Numbered from the whole stretch's first letter, positions 1-12,111 are shown. The stretch is 63,659 nucleotides of DNA, filler included, from Bigelowiella natans CCMP2755 (GCA_000320545.1; 7 parts of 7 records of this genome joined end to end with filler, not necessarily neighbours in it); one strand, 5' to 3'. Notes: generated by a model not told the origin, from the sequence alone. Numbers and translations: made by a program.

Positions 1-88
1 GAGAGAAAGATATGAAGGCCGAAGATGTGATTGCATATGCGTGCGTTTTTGCGTGTATGGTTGAATCAATACCTGCCGCTACTTTGCC

Positions 89-303
89 TTACAGCGTGGT
101 TACGTGCCGCTCCATCCCCTGAAGGCTCGTCCTCTTTCGACTCTTTTGATTTACCCCCCACGACCTAGGTGTTCAGAACGCATATGCATCATTTGCTGTA
201 CATTTGAGCACACCCACACAACCACACACGCCACCAACGCAAAGCAAGTTCGCGCATGTATTAAAATAAACGATCTTTGGACACGTAGGTATAGTGTGCG
301 CGC

Positions 304-388
<85 letters not shown>

Positions 389-434
389 TGGCGTCGTCGT
401 ATTATTATGAAAGGATAGAAAGCAAACTGAACGC

Positions 435-474
<40 letters not shown>

Positions 475-760
475 CACATGTACACACCGTTCGAATGCCG
501 CACGCTTTGAAGATCTGCACCCATTTCGCGATGGCTTCTGCCGTGTCTGGTGCGAACAAATATTTAGTTTATGTGTATGTGAGTGAATGAGTGAGTGAGT
601 GTGTGTGTGTTTGTGTCTGTCGTAAAGACCCTGCCAACCATGCCCATGATCGTCCCATTAGAAATACGCATCGTTCATTTTATGAACAGTATCACTTCTC
701 ACCGTCGGAGCTGCAGTCGTTATATATTGAAACCTGCACAACGTAGAAAGAAGTGTCACT
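89..760 (-). CDS. 3' exons of a multi-exon gene, possibly a PH-domain protein (5' part probably further upstream, towards about 1400)
   Basis: Exon about 488-560 gives KYLFAPDTAEAIAKWVQIFKACGIRT, which resembles the last strand and C-terminal Trp helix of a PH domain. A GT donor follows. A terminal exon at 89-184 has an AG acceptor and reads VVGVNQKSRKRTSLQGMERHVTTL*. Upstream junctions are not resolved. Confidence 0.35.
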
Positions 761-1609
761 TTCCCATCGCCCTGTAGCACTAATGGGTGATGCTAAAGTG
801 AAAAGCAAAAGGGGACGGCATGAAGCATCGACAAAGCACTTCGTCCACCACCTCGATATACTTCCTTAGGATTCCTTTCTGGCGTAGGACAGATTTAAGC
901 GTCTGGGGGGGGGAGTATTTATTAGGTTTTTGATGAGCGAACATCCGAGGATGTGTGTCAATTTTTTTCTGTCCGACGTTCTTCGTTACCCCACCACCCT
1001 CCTTCCTCTCTATGCTGGCTCAGGTGCCCTACTCAAACGACCTCCTCCAAGTGCGGCATGGCGTTGTGTGCTGGGATGATAATGGATACCTGATGCATAT
1101 ATATACCGCATCATCAATCACTACAATCGTCACAGGGATGGTACTCAAAAGCACCTCTGGCTCTCTTGGAAATCGAAGGTAGAGCCTCCACATCGACATC
1201 GTCACGACGCTCAGAGCACCGGCGTATCCAAGGACTCCCCACATCTGCAGGCCTCCCCTTGGAATCTGGCCTCCCTTCCCCGCCCCCCCGGGGTATTTGG
1301 TTGAACGGTGTTGCAAAGACAGAGCCCTTTCTGTCGGAGTGCGCTGCCGTGCAACGATTTTCAGACTTATATCGGAAGCAAAAAAAATGGAGGAATACGC
1401 AAAATCACTGGGAATTTAGTAAAAAACGCACGCTTGTCCGTTGAAAATCGGTCAAAATCCACGCTGTTCTGCTCTCACTAATACCACTCGAGACGAGACC
1501 TTGAGCATCGTTCCGTATCGCCGAGGAAACAAGCTCGTCCTTCCAGCGGCTTCGATCAAACACAGCGCCAAACTGCTGCCTGGGCAAAGCAAGAGCGAAA
1601 TTTCCTTTC

Positions 1610-2222
1610 ATGATCTCAGCTTGCCAGGCCCTGCTGCGGTTCCTTCCCTGTCGGTGTTCGTGTCTGCTCGCGTTGCTCCTGCTTGATCTGACGACTACGG
1701 TTTGAATAACATTTGCAGTGCTGATGCGTTTCGTCTAGCCCCGCTCATCTCCACTGTTGCAGGCTTCGCCATCTGGCACTGCCGCGCGGCGCGCTCATCG
1801 AGCTGCACTTTTCGGAGGGAGAAGTAAGCGGGTGGTCCTCGGGGGCAACATCCCCAAACGAAGGCGTTTTGGACGGAGGGTTGCAGCGGCAGCAAAGCAA
1901 AAAGTCGATTGGGGTTGGTTCGAAGGAATAATACATTCTCACCCACTTCCCAACTGTGCGCACCCTCATTCATCCTTCTGTGTTCCGTAGATTCTCTGCC
2001 GACTTCTAGACTGAGTGACGAAGACCCAAAGCCCAGACTTGTGGTAGCTAACGCTGTATGGATATGCTGAATCGTGTGTGTTAAAACGCTCGGTGAAGAA
2101 ATTGGGGAGAGAAGGAAGGCGGCCTCTTACGTGAAACAAATGCAGGTGTTCGACCTGGACAATCTGTGCTGGACGCCAGAGCTCTATCAAGTGCGCGCTG
2201 ATGTTGCGTGTATGTGTGCCAG

Positions 2223-2265
<43 letters not shown>

Positions 2266-3738
2266 TCGTTTGCTTCTTGCACCTTCTGTTCTGTATCGGG
2301 AGATATGATACCGTCAGATGTAACCCAGCAAAGTGATTTATTGCATTTTTTATGCTCGAGCTAGCTGCAGAGTTTACCAACACCTGGAGAGGACATTGAT
2401 CTGTTTGAAGGTAGGTGAATCTGGGGTGCGCCGCTATCATAACGCTTCGTTGCCTCGAAGATAACGACTATAATCATATGTGAAATAGGCACTCGAGCAG
2501 CGCTGCACGAGCTCGCGACAGAGGAAAAATGGGTCGTGTTTTCATAGGTGTAATGATTCCGCTGTTGTAGTGTTTGGATGAGTATAACATATAATCATTG
2601 TTGTTGATGATCATAACTGGAAGATTTAAAAAGGCTAGATTTCACTGAAAAGTGATGTTTGGTTCAATGAAAGAGAGGAATGAAACAGATCATAAATCCT
2701 TGAAAACATACCATCGTGAATAATCTACAAATATCAGAAGGGCACGAAAGCGGCTTGTGCGTCGAGAACTCATGACACATACTGGGCGCATCTATTGGTA
2801 GTTAAATAGACAACACATATCGGTTCCAGTCTTTGAGAACAACTATTCCGATTGCATTGTGCATCTGACAAATGTGTAATGTATGCTCAATTATCAGCTA
2901 ACGCAATTTGAAGTGGCAGATGGCCTGCACATGGCAGATCTATTCACGTACAAGGTACCAAATCCGCAGCAGCAGTAACAGCAGTTTTATGCTTCGCAAA
3001 ATATAATTGTAGTAGCCTTGTAATGGATATAGTACCTTGTATTCGTCGTTTTCGGAGCTGCGCTTATTCTTGATTTGCGCGCTTGTTACTGTGGTTTGAC
3101 GTTTCTGTGTGCTGTTTCTTCGACGATTGATTTCAGGAAATATATCCTGGAAGCAAAGTAAAACACTTCAACAAGATCCGGGAGGATAGCGGGGTAAAGC
3201 AATAGAAGAAAATGATGCACAACTTGCAACTGATAGGAGTTGAAATGCTGGACTGAATTATGTGTCGACATTGCGTCAGATTGACTTCAGCGAGATGATA
3301 TTCTTCGACGATGACACGTGGAATACAGATGAGATCGAGAAGTTGTCAACTCAAAACTAAACTGAGAGGATCTTCCAATCGATACTACTCTCTCTCCTAC
3401 TCCTACCTTTTTGGCCAAATGCTACTAATTACCCCTGAATAATTGTGTTTCGCTGCATCTGTGTCATACTACAACACCCCAGGCTAGGGGTTTTATGTGT
3501 ATGGTGTCCAAGAGGCTTAACAACAGAGATGTGGGAAAGAGGCCTCAACGAATTCTCGGCAATGAAGAAAGAGAAGGTTTCTACTGCCGTCACAACAATG
3601 GCTAGTTTCCACTACTTTCAGCAATTTCTTTCGATTCGATTCATTGATTTCATCTTTAAAGGTTGGATTCATGGGCAAAACTGTCGCACGTCAGCAGAGC
3701 CTGTTCTAGCTAGCGACGAAGTTGTTCAACGCACATGA
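1610..3738 (+). CDS. MDP1: Magnesium-dependent phosphatase 1 (HAD subfamily IIIC) with a bipartite signal plus transit-like leader, about 10 exons
   Basis: Manual GT-AG splicing gives MISACQALLRFLPCRCSCLLALLLLDLTTT|ASPSGTAARRAHRAALFGGR|NSLPTSRLSDEDPKPRLV|VFDLDNLCWTPELYQ, then AACASRTHD, EIYPGSKVKHFNKIREDSG, IDFSEMIFFDDDTWN and LGVLCVWCPRGLT. These match the MDP-1 motifs (VFDLDxTLW, AASRT, EIYPGSK, MIFFDD). The exact 3' end is uncertain. Confidence 0.9.
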
Positions 3739-3840
3739 GGGACAATGCCGTTGCGATTCCTTTTCATCTTCGTGCGCGCAAACAAACCTACACTTGATGG
3801 CTTTGTAAAAATTTCAAAATCTCTGAAAAATCAATCACCT

Positions 3841-4920
3841 GCTAGCCTGGTCGATCGAGAAATTTGTGCACATGCTCCGCCAAACATGTGTGCACAACGT
3901 CTGCACGTGGAGCATTCTTGTGAAGGGTTGTGTGTGTGGTCGGTGAACACTGTGATTGATGCAGACACTTCCACCGCATGCGTCGCGCATGATCATCCTC
4001 CGTTTTCCTTCCCCATCGCGTGTTGCTGTCATTGCTAGATTGCCTGTGAGCCTGTGTCACGCGTTCAACCTGTTGCACCTGCACACCCACAGCATCTTCC
4101 GCAAAACTTCATGTGATCGAGGTCCCAGAGACCCAGCTCAGCAGCTCCATGACTGTGGAACTGCATGTCACCATTGCCTCACTTCTCTTGTCATGGCGTT
4201 GCGCCGTGTGTTGCTTGCGACATGCCATCCATTGCTGTGGTTCGTCACCTGTGTGCGTGTTGCAACGCCCACCAAATCGCTGTGGTGGCTAACTCGACAT
4301 TCTCACATGCTCAGCTAGCAGATGTGTTTTGGGCCTAGAATGTCCGAACACCATCCACTGTGAGTCCTTCGCCGGCTCAGACATTGGCACGAATCAAACA
4401 TTGAATGAGCTAGTGAGAACTGACTGATGAAACAAAAAGGAATCAAGAATGGCGTTCTGACCACTCCTCCATTCCCAGTTTCATTGCCTTTTGTGCCTGG
4501 TCAGAGACAAGGTCTTGCGAGTGACACAATCCCAGGCACGATGGACGTGTGATGCAATGTGCACACCGTGTGCATGATGTTTCGAGGATGCTCATGACAG
4601 ACACGTGACACGATGCACGTGCCACGTGCACGACATCATTGTGTCCATTGCAGGTCAAGAGGTGTGTTTTTTGCAAGCACGAGCCTTCGTCACACCTCAT
4701 CGATTTTCCTGTTTCACTCACGTCTTTTTGTTCAGAGGCACAGCAGAGTTGCACACACGACAGAAAGTTCTGCTTCACCTCTGCTGATCGCATGTTGCGC
4801 CGCGAAAGTTTCAGAAGTTCGAAGCGCGTGCAATGTGTTGACGGAACGAAGTGAAAGCAAACTTTGACGATGGGACTGTCTGCAAGCTGGATGCGCTTGA
4901 ATCGAAAAGCTTCAGACCGA
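3841..4920. other. TpA-depleted intergenic island (CTAG spared)
   Basis: Manual count: 6 TA dinucleotides in 1080 nt, 5 in CTAG and 1 in CTAA. TA resumes abruptly at about 4921. The seven ORFs lying within 3835-4867 contain no Tyr. Confidence 0.9.
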
Positions 4921-5453
4921 ATAATTTAAGACTTCAAAACGGACATGTCGCAGGTGGAAATTGTTGCCTATTTCACCAACAATCTTGTCCGGAGTGCGTT
5001 TTCCACAAATGAGAGGATCTCCGTTTTAAATGATTTAAGGACGAGCGCAAATCATTATAGATTTTATTAAAAGCGACATGAAATTCCTCCTAGTCGCAAC
5101 TAAAAATGTGGCATTTTCATCTACTTTCTTGCAGAATTTTAGTATTAAACTCGCGAGATTTTGAGAAACACTGGCCCGGGAAACACTCGAAAAGGTCCAC
5201 GAGGTGTTCCATTTGAAATGTTGTGCCCGAAGGGTTCAAGGGTGGTGGGTGTGAGGAATAGGGAGTATTGGGGCACGTTAGGCTTAGGTTGTATGGAGGA
5301 TTTCTCTTCAGAGTACTAACGTTCCCAGTAGCCTAGTAGTGTCGGCCACCATTTCAATGTGTGTGTGTGTTTTCTGTGCTCAGTAGTTGAAAGAGAAAAA
5401 AGGGACAACGAGAGCTAGCTGATATTTAGGGCTTCCTCAAAATCCCAGGCCTC

Positions 5454-6905
5454 ATGACTCGCATTACTGTTGATCTGATCCGAAAGAAGGTACCGTGTGT
5501 AGACATTGGTTGAGAGGTCGTCATGCTCATCACGTATTGCCTACGTCTACTGCACAGGCTGAGCATAATGAAGGTATATTAGAAAACCTTGAGGAAATAT
5601 CCTTGCACCAGCTGCACCTTGAAAGGATAGAGGTTCGATTTTTTAAAGTCATCTGTTGTGAAGTGGTGAGAGAACAGCATCCTTCGTGGGTTCCATGGCT
5701 TGCATTTGAGCTCCTTTTTCTTCTGACGGCCATGCTCTGTTCAAAGGTGATAGCATCGTGCTGCAAGCACCTCAAGATTCTCTATCTTCAGAACAACCTT
5801 ATTCCCAAAATAGGTAGGGAGAGGGATACTTAATCCTTTTTCGAAGTTTGCTTAGAGGCGGTTGCAGCGATGCAAGACTAATTTATCGATAACACGGATG
5901 TGCGTAGATGTGTGTGCGTGTGCGTGTGCGTGTGCGTGTGCGTGTGCGTGTGCGTGCGTGTGCGTGTGTGTGTGCTCACTAACTAATGGTCTATTTCTGA
6001 ATTTCCGACGCAGAGATCTGAGAATTCATCCCATCTCCGTCACATGTTAGTTCGTGGTTATTCACTCCCCTCCCTCCCCCCTCCCCAGAAAATTTAAAAA
6101 GGCTTAAGGAGCTGGTCTACCTCAACCTGGCTCTTAACAACATTAAAAAAATTGAAGGCCTACAGGTAGATGATAGTAGAAAGTACGGTGGCCCCCCTTC
6201 TTCTTCTTCATTAACGCATTGCGATAGCTTATACAGTGTGCTGCAAGTGCGAGGAAGGGTGAAGGTGGTATGCTCACCTTCTCATCAACTAACAAAATTG
6301 CCGCTACCCACGTGTCCTTTCAGTCGTGTGAAAGCCTTGGAAAGCTCGACCTGACGGTCAACTTCATCGGGTGAGATTCACTCATACAATGGATGTTAAG
6401 CAGCGTCCCCTGCTGGGCTGCTCGCTAGTCTCTTCCTCATTCAATGAGGACATATCACCGTACGTTATTATTGACTCGCTATGGGCTGTTGTCGCAGGGT
6501 TGACACCTTCGAAGAGTCCATTCTGAACTTGAGAAAGGTAGTAGTAGAATAGTCGTAGTTGCGATAGTTGTTGTTGTTGTTGCTGTTGTTGTTGTTTGTG
6601 GGGGTGGTAGTTTTGATGGTTTACTGTGATGGCGACAGCTTCATCGCATGAATTATAGAAGTTCAGATCATGTTTGAAGGTAGCAAGCGGGGGAGGGCCC
6701 CCTCTTCTCATTAATGATTACTGGTCATCTGAATTCTTCGCAGTGCGTGCATTTGAAAAGCTTGTTCCTCAGTGGCAACCCCTGCTGCGACTTTGAAGGG
6801 TAAGTTGTACCATCATCATCATCATCATCATCGTCATCATCATCGTAGTCATAGCGTCTATTGTTCTCATGATTGCATGGGGAATAGGCATAGCTATGAG
6901 CGTTT

Positions 6906-6945
<40 letters not shown>

Positions 6946-7152
6946 TCTATCTCTCCCTCTCTCCCCCCTCCGGGTGTTCGAAATGACCCAGCACACCACA
7001 GACAAGAAATAGTGTGGGTCGGTACATTTGATGGCATGACTGTTCTTTCTCATCGTTGCCTGCCGTCAGCTATCGGAAATTCGTCATCGCAACTCTCCCT
7101 TCCCTGAAGAAATTGGTTTGTTTCATTAGAAACCTCCCCCTCTATTATGTGT

Positions 7153-7185
<33 letters not shown>

Positions 7186-7308
7186 TATGTGTGTGATATA
7201 TAACCATTATGTATCATACAGGGCGATGACGATGATAACGATTCTGACAACGAAGCCTTCACAGCGGAGAATAGGCTAAAATGGCACTTGGAAGAGCTGC
7301 AAGAAGGT
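5454..7308 (+). CDS. DNAAF11: Dynein axonemal assembly factor 11 / LRRC6 (TilB-like LRR protein), 5' part only
   Basis: Spliced exons read MTRITVDLIRKK|AEHNEGILENLEEISLHQLHLERIE|VIASCCKHLKILYLQNNLIPKI|ENLKRLKELVYLNLALNNIKKIEGLQ|SCESLGKLDLTVNFIG|VDTFEESILNLRK|CVHLKSLFLSGNPCCDFEG|YRKFVIATLPSLKKL, then AFTAENRLKW. This follows the LRRC6 N-terminus closely. The DGKEI exon and the C-terminal region are missing. Confidence 0.92.
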
Positions 7309-7432
7309 GCGTGCGGCGGTGCCGTGTGGGGATGGAATGGATGGATGGAATGGATGGATGGAATGGATGTTCCTGAGTATGAGTGAAAGCGCTGATCCGT
7401 GTCATCGGACATTGTGTGCGTGCATATGTGTG

Positions 7433-7475
<43 letters not shown>

Positions 7476-7527
7476 TTAGTTAGGGGGGGGGCCATAGCAT
7501 CCTCCCCCCCTTTTTGGTCACTAGCAC

Positions 7528-7817
7528 CCTTCTTCAGCCCTTCAAGAAGGATTTGAAGGGATCCCCGGCCTATTTTGCCCATTTCTACGTCCGATCTCCA
7601 CAAATTCGTAACCTTCTCAGTCACCTCGAGCAAAATGCTTTGCAGGAGGTAGGCGCCGCCTACCAGGTTTCCCTTCCCTAACGCCTCGCTTGCAAGCTTG
7701 ACGGCTGTCTTATATTGAGCAGAATCTTCCAGCAGCTTCAAGATGGAACTGACGCATGCTGTCGCCGCACTGACGGTGTTCCAATCGTCCAGTTCAAACT
7801 AATATATATAGATATAT

Positions 7818-7851
<34 letters not shown>

Positions 7852-7916
7852 GTACACATATTTATATGATGACGAGAACTGCGAGAATGGATACACCGTA
7901 CAAGTTCGATTTGGGT
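7528..7916 (-). CDS. Two exons of an unidentified helical protein (fragment)
   Basis: Exons 7897-7916 and 7528-7748 have canonical AG/GT ends and join in phase: TQIELVR|SILKLLEDSAQYKTAVKLASEALGKG...LQILLEGLKK. Confidence 0.45.
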
Positions 7917-8010
7917 CTAGATGGTTGGTAGAGGTATGGGCAGGAGACAACAGAACATAGGGAAGACGAAGAAGAGAGGGGTAAGAGAAAGAGAGATAGA
8001 AAGATAGAGA

Positions 8011-8110
8011 NNNNNNNNNNNNNNNNNNNNNNNNNNNNNNNNNNNNNNNNNNNNTTAATTAATTAANNNNNNNNNNNNNNNNNNNNNNNNNNNNNNNNNN
8101 NNNNNNNNNN
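8011..8110. other. Assembly gap: 44 N + TTAATTAATTAA + 44 N. The same structure occurs at 17838-17937, 31184-31283, 39187-39286, 44987-45086 and 61960-62059.
   Basis: Each gap is exactly 100 nt and carries a linker with stop codons in all six frames. It is an artificial spacer. Confidence 0.98.
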
Positions 8111-8356
8111 GGGGGGGAAGAGATAAAAACTACGGGTGCAAAGGCGGCCGCAGAGCGGATGTGTGCGTGTGTGTGTGTGTATTGGGATAAGGCGACCCAC
8201 CACTTCTCATTCAAAATAATCTATGCTATCCGTGTTTCTCCCCCCCCCCCCCCTACTAATCCTCCCCCCCCCCCCACCCTTTCCTCGTTCTCGTCGTTGG
8301 TTTCTTCCTTTTCGTCGTCCATCTGCGACCACCAGTCTCCTCCTCAACGCTGGCAG

Positions 8357-8891
8357 ATGAGATTCGTGATGTCCCTATAGCTCTGTGGCTCGGATCGGAA
8401 GGGAAGGTTGCTGAAGCATGCTTCGAGAGTGCTCCCTAACCCCCCTCTTCCTCCCCTCCCTCCTCAACTCCTTCCCGGTGTTTCCTGCATAGCCAGCAGC
8501 TGCTGAACTACTGTAATCTCGTAGCCTCAATTAAATTCCTCTTCAAACAGCATCCTGAGCATGTTAAATGGTCCATACAGGGCCTGTCTGGAGGTCAGTG
8601 GAGTGAAGCACAGAACGGCTGCGAGGATGGCCAAGCTCTTCTCGCTGCTCCCCTCAAGACGGTAAACGCATTGCCCTCATAAGATGCAACAAACAAGCAT
8701 TGTTATAAACGGCGTGTGTTTGTGTGTTGTTCCTTTTGGTCATTAAGGTGAAGATCGATATGGCTCCCGAGATGGAGTCTCTGAACGTGGCTGTCGCAGG
8801 TGGGGGAGGGCTAGAAAATAATGAGAAGCGATGATGCAGACAGAGAGGAGCGAGCGCAAATAGCATCGATGTTTTATGATGGGATTTGGTA
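8357..8891 (+). CDS. SpoU/TrmH (SPOUT) RNA 2'-O-methyltransferase, C-terminal exons
   Basis: Exons give DVPIALWLGSEGK|GLSG and VKIDMAPEMESLNVAVA. These match SPOUT motif 2 (GxEGxG) and motif 3 (IPM...SLNV). The 3' end is approximate. Confidence 0.75.
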
Positions 8892-10021
8892 GTAAAGCAC
8901 ATAGTGCACATAGAGGCTGTTTTCTTTTTGAATTGAAACCTTTGGTTGGAATGGTGGGGCCTCTTGACTCCCAAGGTAGTTCTACTCACTGTTGCTGTGA
9001 CATGACATTACATAGGGGGAATATTGATGAATGTTTTCCGCATGGGCGGATAGTGTGGCGTTTGGATCCCTGCCTTTCTTGTCCCTGTATACAGAGTTAT
9101 TGGAGATGAGAAAGAGCTAAAAACTATGCATGGCGAGTGGACATTAATTATGCAGCTATGCTCATCACGATATAAACATACTGTTTGACTGACTAGGTAC
9201 GTGGCGCGCATCATGCATAAATGCGCATAGCGATTGCATCAAAACGTCGAGCGCACGGTTGCTATAAATGCTATTGCACATGCATTAGTGCAGACATTAA
9301 AATCACACATACTATAGACACATGATATATACGAATGTCTATTGTACGTGTGTGTACGATGTAGGCCTGGGATAGCCACGTGCATGTGGGCGGAACGCTA
9401 CACGATACATGCCAGCATGATTTCGCATGTAGTCCCTGCCTTTGTCAGCACAGCGTACGATACGTAGCATGACAATGCGATGCGTCTGTCTTAGCAGAGT
9501 CTTATAAGGAGTAGACTTGATGTAACTAGATGAGGTAAAAGGTGTTGATACAGGAATATAAGAGCGTAGTGCATTTATATAATGGCGCCAAACATTACGC
9601 GAACCAGAAGCTACTTCTATACGTACAACAGCATCTGCCGATACAAATACTGTACCGTTTCTATGAGGTCGACGCCTGTCACTACATGGCTTACAATACA
9701 TAGTGCCATAGCATATTATATATATATCATATTTGTACTGTTTACATAGCTATAGCCGCGTGTACATGTTGCGTATTGATGTTTGTGTGTGTGCGCGTGA
9801 GTGTGTGGCTCGCTATTGGTATATGATGCCATTGTTTCACATACTTTCTTATCTAGTTGAATTTACATGTTTAATGTGATCATCATATTACAACTTATGA
9901 CATCACCATTAACCTCGCCTACGTTAACGAGGTGAAAAGGACACGACACTTTTTAATATTTTTTACCGCACAAAATAATCGATTGAGCCAGTCTTTCCTT
10001 TGGTCTGCACCACATATGATG

Positions 10022-11596
10022 TCAATGGCCCGCGGCGGCGCGACGGCCAGGTTCCACCTGATTGACAGGCTGCAACAGTGTGTAGCAGCCATCCTCCCCA
10101 GTTATCGAGATCGGTGCATGTGCTCCGTACTGGACACCTGTGGTGAGGGCCGTGATCTTGTACGGGTCCTTTGGGTCTCCGAAAACAAAATGGGGGCGCT
10201 CTCGCCGTGAGAACGTGTACGTCGTGCCGTCTGAGAAGCGAACCCGATTCCCCCACGATGTGCCCGTGAACACCCACGTTAAGCCGTCGACGCTGTAGGC
10301 ATGGCCTCCGCAGAGTCTCATGTCGTCGTTCTCAATCTGGTTGTGGAAGACGGCGTGATACACACCCCGCTTATCCACGTAGAGAAATGGGTCCTCGACT
10401 CCTCGCTTGTCCACGACGGTTGCGTTCGGGAACAAAAGAGTCGTCCATCTGCCCTTGTAGCTCTCGGGATCTCTCCAATCCTCAGCTGTGACAAGATGCG
10501 TGAGATCAGTAGTTGGAGGGCCCTCGTTGCGTGCGATACCGACCACGGAGTTGTTCGGCAGAATGACCAGGGCCAGGTTGGTGTCCAGGTTCGTGAAATT
10601 GGTTTGCGAGTTGAACAGTTGTTGGGGCTTTGACCAAGGTCCGTGCGGTTCCTTCGCGTAAATCATATAAGTTGGCCCGTCACCTGCAGGCCCCCCTGGA
10701 CACTCAGCATCCGCTGGGGTTGAGCCATCGGTACATGCCATGCATGCTTCGGGAGGCGGGTCATCTGGAAAGGAAGCCGTGTAGTACATAACGAATTCGC
10801 CGCTGGGTGCTCGCACAACGTTTGGCTCGTGCGCAAATGCAGGAACCACCAGCGATTGACGGGTGTAGTTCCCGTTCGGCACCGAGCTCGTAGCGTGCAC
10901 AATCCGCGAGTTCGTGGTCCATGTGTCCAGGCCGCAGTTGTGAGACATCTCCGCGGCCCACATGTGCGAGACGTTGCTCGCCTGGTCGAATATAACACTT
11001 CCGCCCCATGTCGAGGTATTGTGACCTCCTTTGTCGATGATCCGAAGACCTGTGTTTCGGGTCGCGGGTAGCAGATGAAGCAGCTGGCATCGATCCCCAT
11101 ACCATGCAGCCCCGCACTCGCACAGGGAATTAGTGCATACCCCGTTGTAGCTGCAGTCGGCTTCTGATGAGCACCTTCTTGGAGACCAAGTGATAACGCC
11201 TGAGATGGTTCTTCTATCCGTGATCTTTCTCGGTTCCCAACCCCATGGGTCGACGATGCACACACACCGTCCTGTATCAGCTACCCACGTGAAGGACTGA
11301 CAAAGGGACCATCCTGACACAGGTGATACCTCATGATTTCGATACCTCATGCAGCGTTGTTCGCATTTACTTAGGGTCCGCGTTGCTCCGAGTTCCTTCA
11401 CGGTGTGGTTGTAAGCTGGAGGAGGTGGCCACGGTTTCCTTTTCATTCGAGAGTCATCTCCCCATTTTTCTGGTATGTTAGAATATCCAGGAAACTGACG
11501 TATTGAGGGTTCTTCTGAATTTCTGGGGGATTCCCCAGAGCTCCTCAAGAGAGGGAGGAGGAGCAACAAGGGCCACAGCGAGGACGCCGCCGACAT
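10022..11596 (-). CDS. Secreted 524-aa protein: signal peptide, PAN/apple-like module, EGF-like module and a probable five-bladed beta-propeller glycoside-hydrolase-like domain; intronless
   Basis: One uninterrupted ORF with a hydrophobic N-terminus ([11 protein letters not shown]). It contains CEQRC...CQSFTW...C, CSYNGVC..C.C...WYGDRC, and propeller-like motifs WGGSVI, AHEPNVV, VEDPFLY and RRERP. The family assignment is an inference. Confidence 0.8.
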   Translation of the reverse strand: MSAASSLWPLLLLLPLLRSSGESPRNSEEPSIRQFPGYSNIPEKWGDDSRMKRKPWPPPPAYNHTVKELGATRTLSKCEQRCMRYRNHEVSPVSGWSLCQSFTWVADTGRCVCIVDPWGWEPRKITDRRTISGVITWSPRRCSSEADCSYNGVCTNSLCECGAAWYGDRCQLLHLLPATRNTGLRIIDKGGHNTSTWGGSVIFDQASNVSHMWAAEMSHNCGLDTWTTNSRIVHATSSVPNGNYTRQSLVVPAFAHEPNVVRAPSGEFVMYYTASFPDDPPPEACMACTDGSTPADAECPGGPAGDGPTYMIYAKEPHGPWSKPQQLFNSQTNFTNLDTNLALVILPNNSVVGIARNEGPPTTDLTHLVTAEDWRDPESYKGRWTTLLFPNATVVDKRGVEDPFLYVDKRGVYHAVFHNQIENDDMRLCGGHAYSVDGLTWVFTGTSWGNRVRFSDGTTYTFSRRERPHFVFGDPKDPYKITALTTGVQYGAHAPISITGEDGCYTLLQPVNQVEPGRRAAAGH

Positions 11597-12111
11597 GGAG
11601 GTTCAACGTGCAAGCGGAAACTGCCGGTAACTACCGCAAGGGGGTAGTATCGGGGAATGACAAAAGGACATTTACTGTTGTTGTTTATGTTGCTATTATT
11701 TACGAATAATTACCCGACAAACTTCCTGCCCTTTTTCGCCGGCATCGGTAGAATCTCGCTTTCCTTCAATAAAGACAGCAAGACAAATTCTGATGGATAA
11801 ATCTCTCTTGAAAACAACGAATGTAGAAGAGGTGAGATGTGGACTGGCTGGCCTCCAGGACCATAGTTTAATTCGTATAATTTAGCATGAGATGTTTTCG
11901 GGATATTTTTCTTCCTTGTCCTCGGAAGGGTATCCTTCTCGGCATTACCACCTGAACTCAGATTTACTGTAGTAGGGTTCTTAGACCACCCCCCCCCCCG
12001 CTCCTTCGACCCGGGAGGCCGCCCAATCCCGCGAAAAATCGAAGCCTCCACGAAATAAAAAGGAAGGCGGGAGCCACCTAGGCTAAGGGCGGTCTGGGTT
12101 GTAAATTCAAT

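Noticed and set aside
560-625. Microsatellite-like insert without a minus-strand GT-AG in a putative PH exon (possible non-canonical intron)
   Set aside because: The exon structure is not secure and the assembly misjoins at (CA)n tracts elsewhere. It cannot be supported without cDNA.
3835-4867. Cluster of overlapping Cys/His-rich ORFs; similar clusters at 49691-50438 and 58496-59230
   Set aside because: They are by-products of TA depletion, which removes TAA/TAG stops and Tyr codons. They show no domain motifs.
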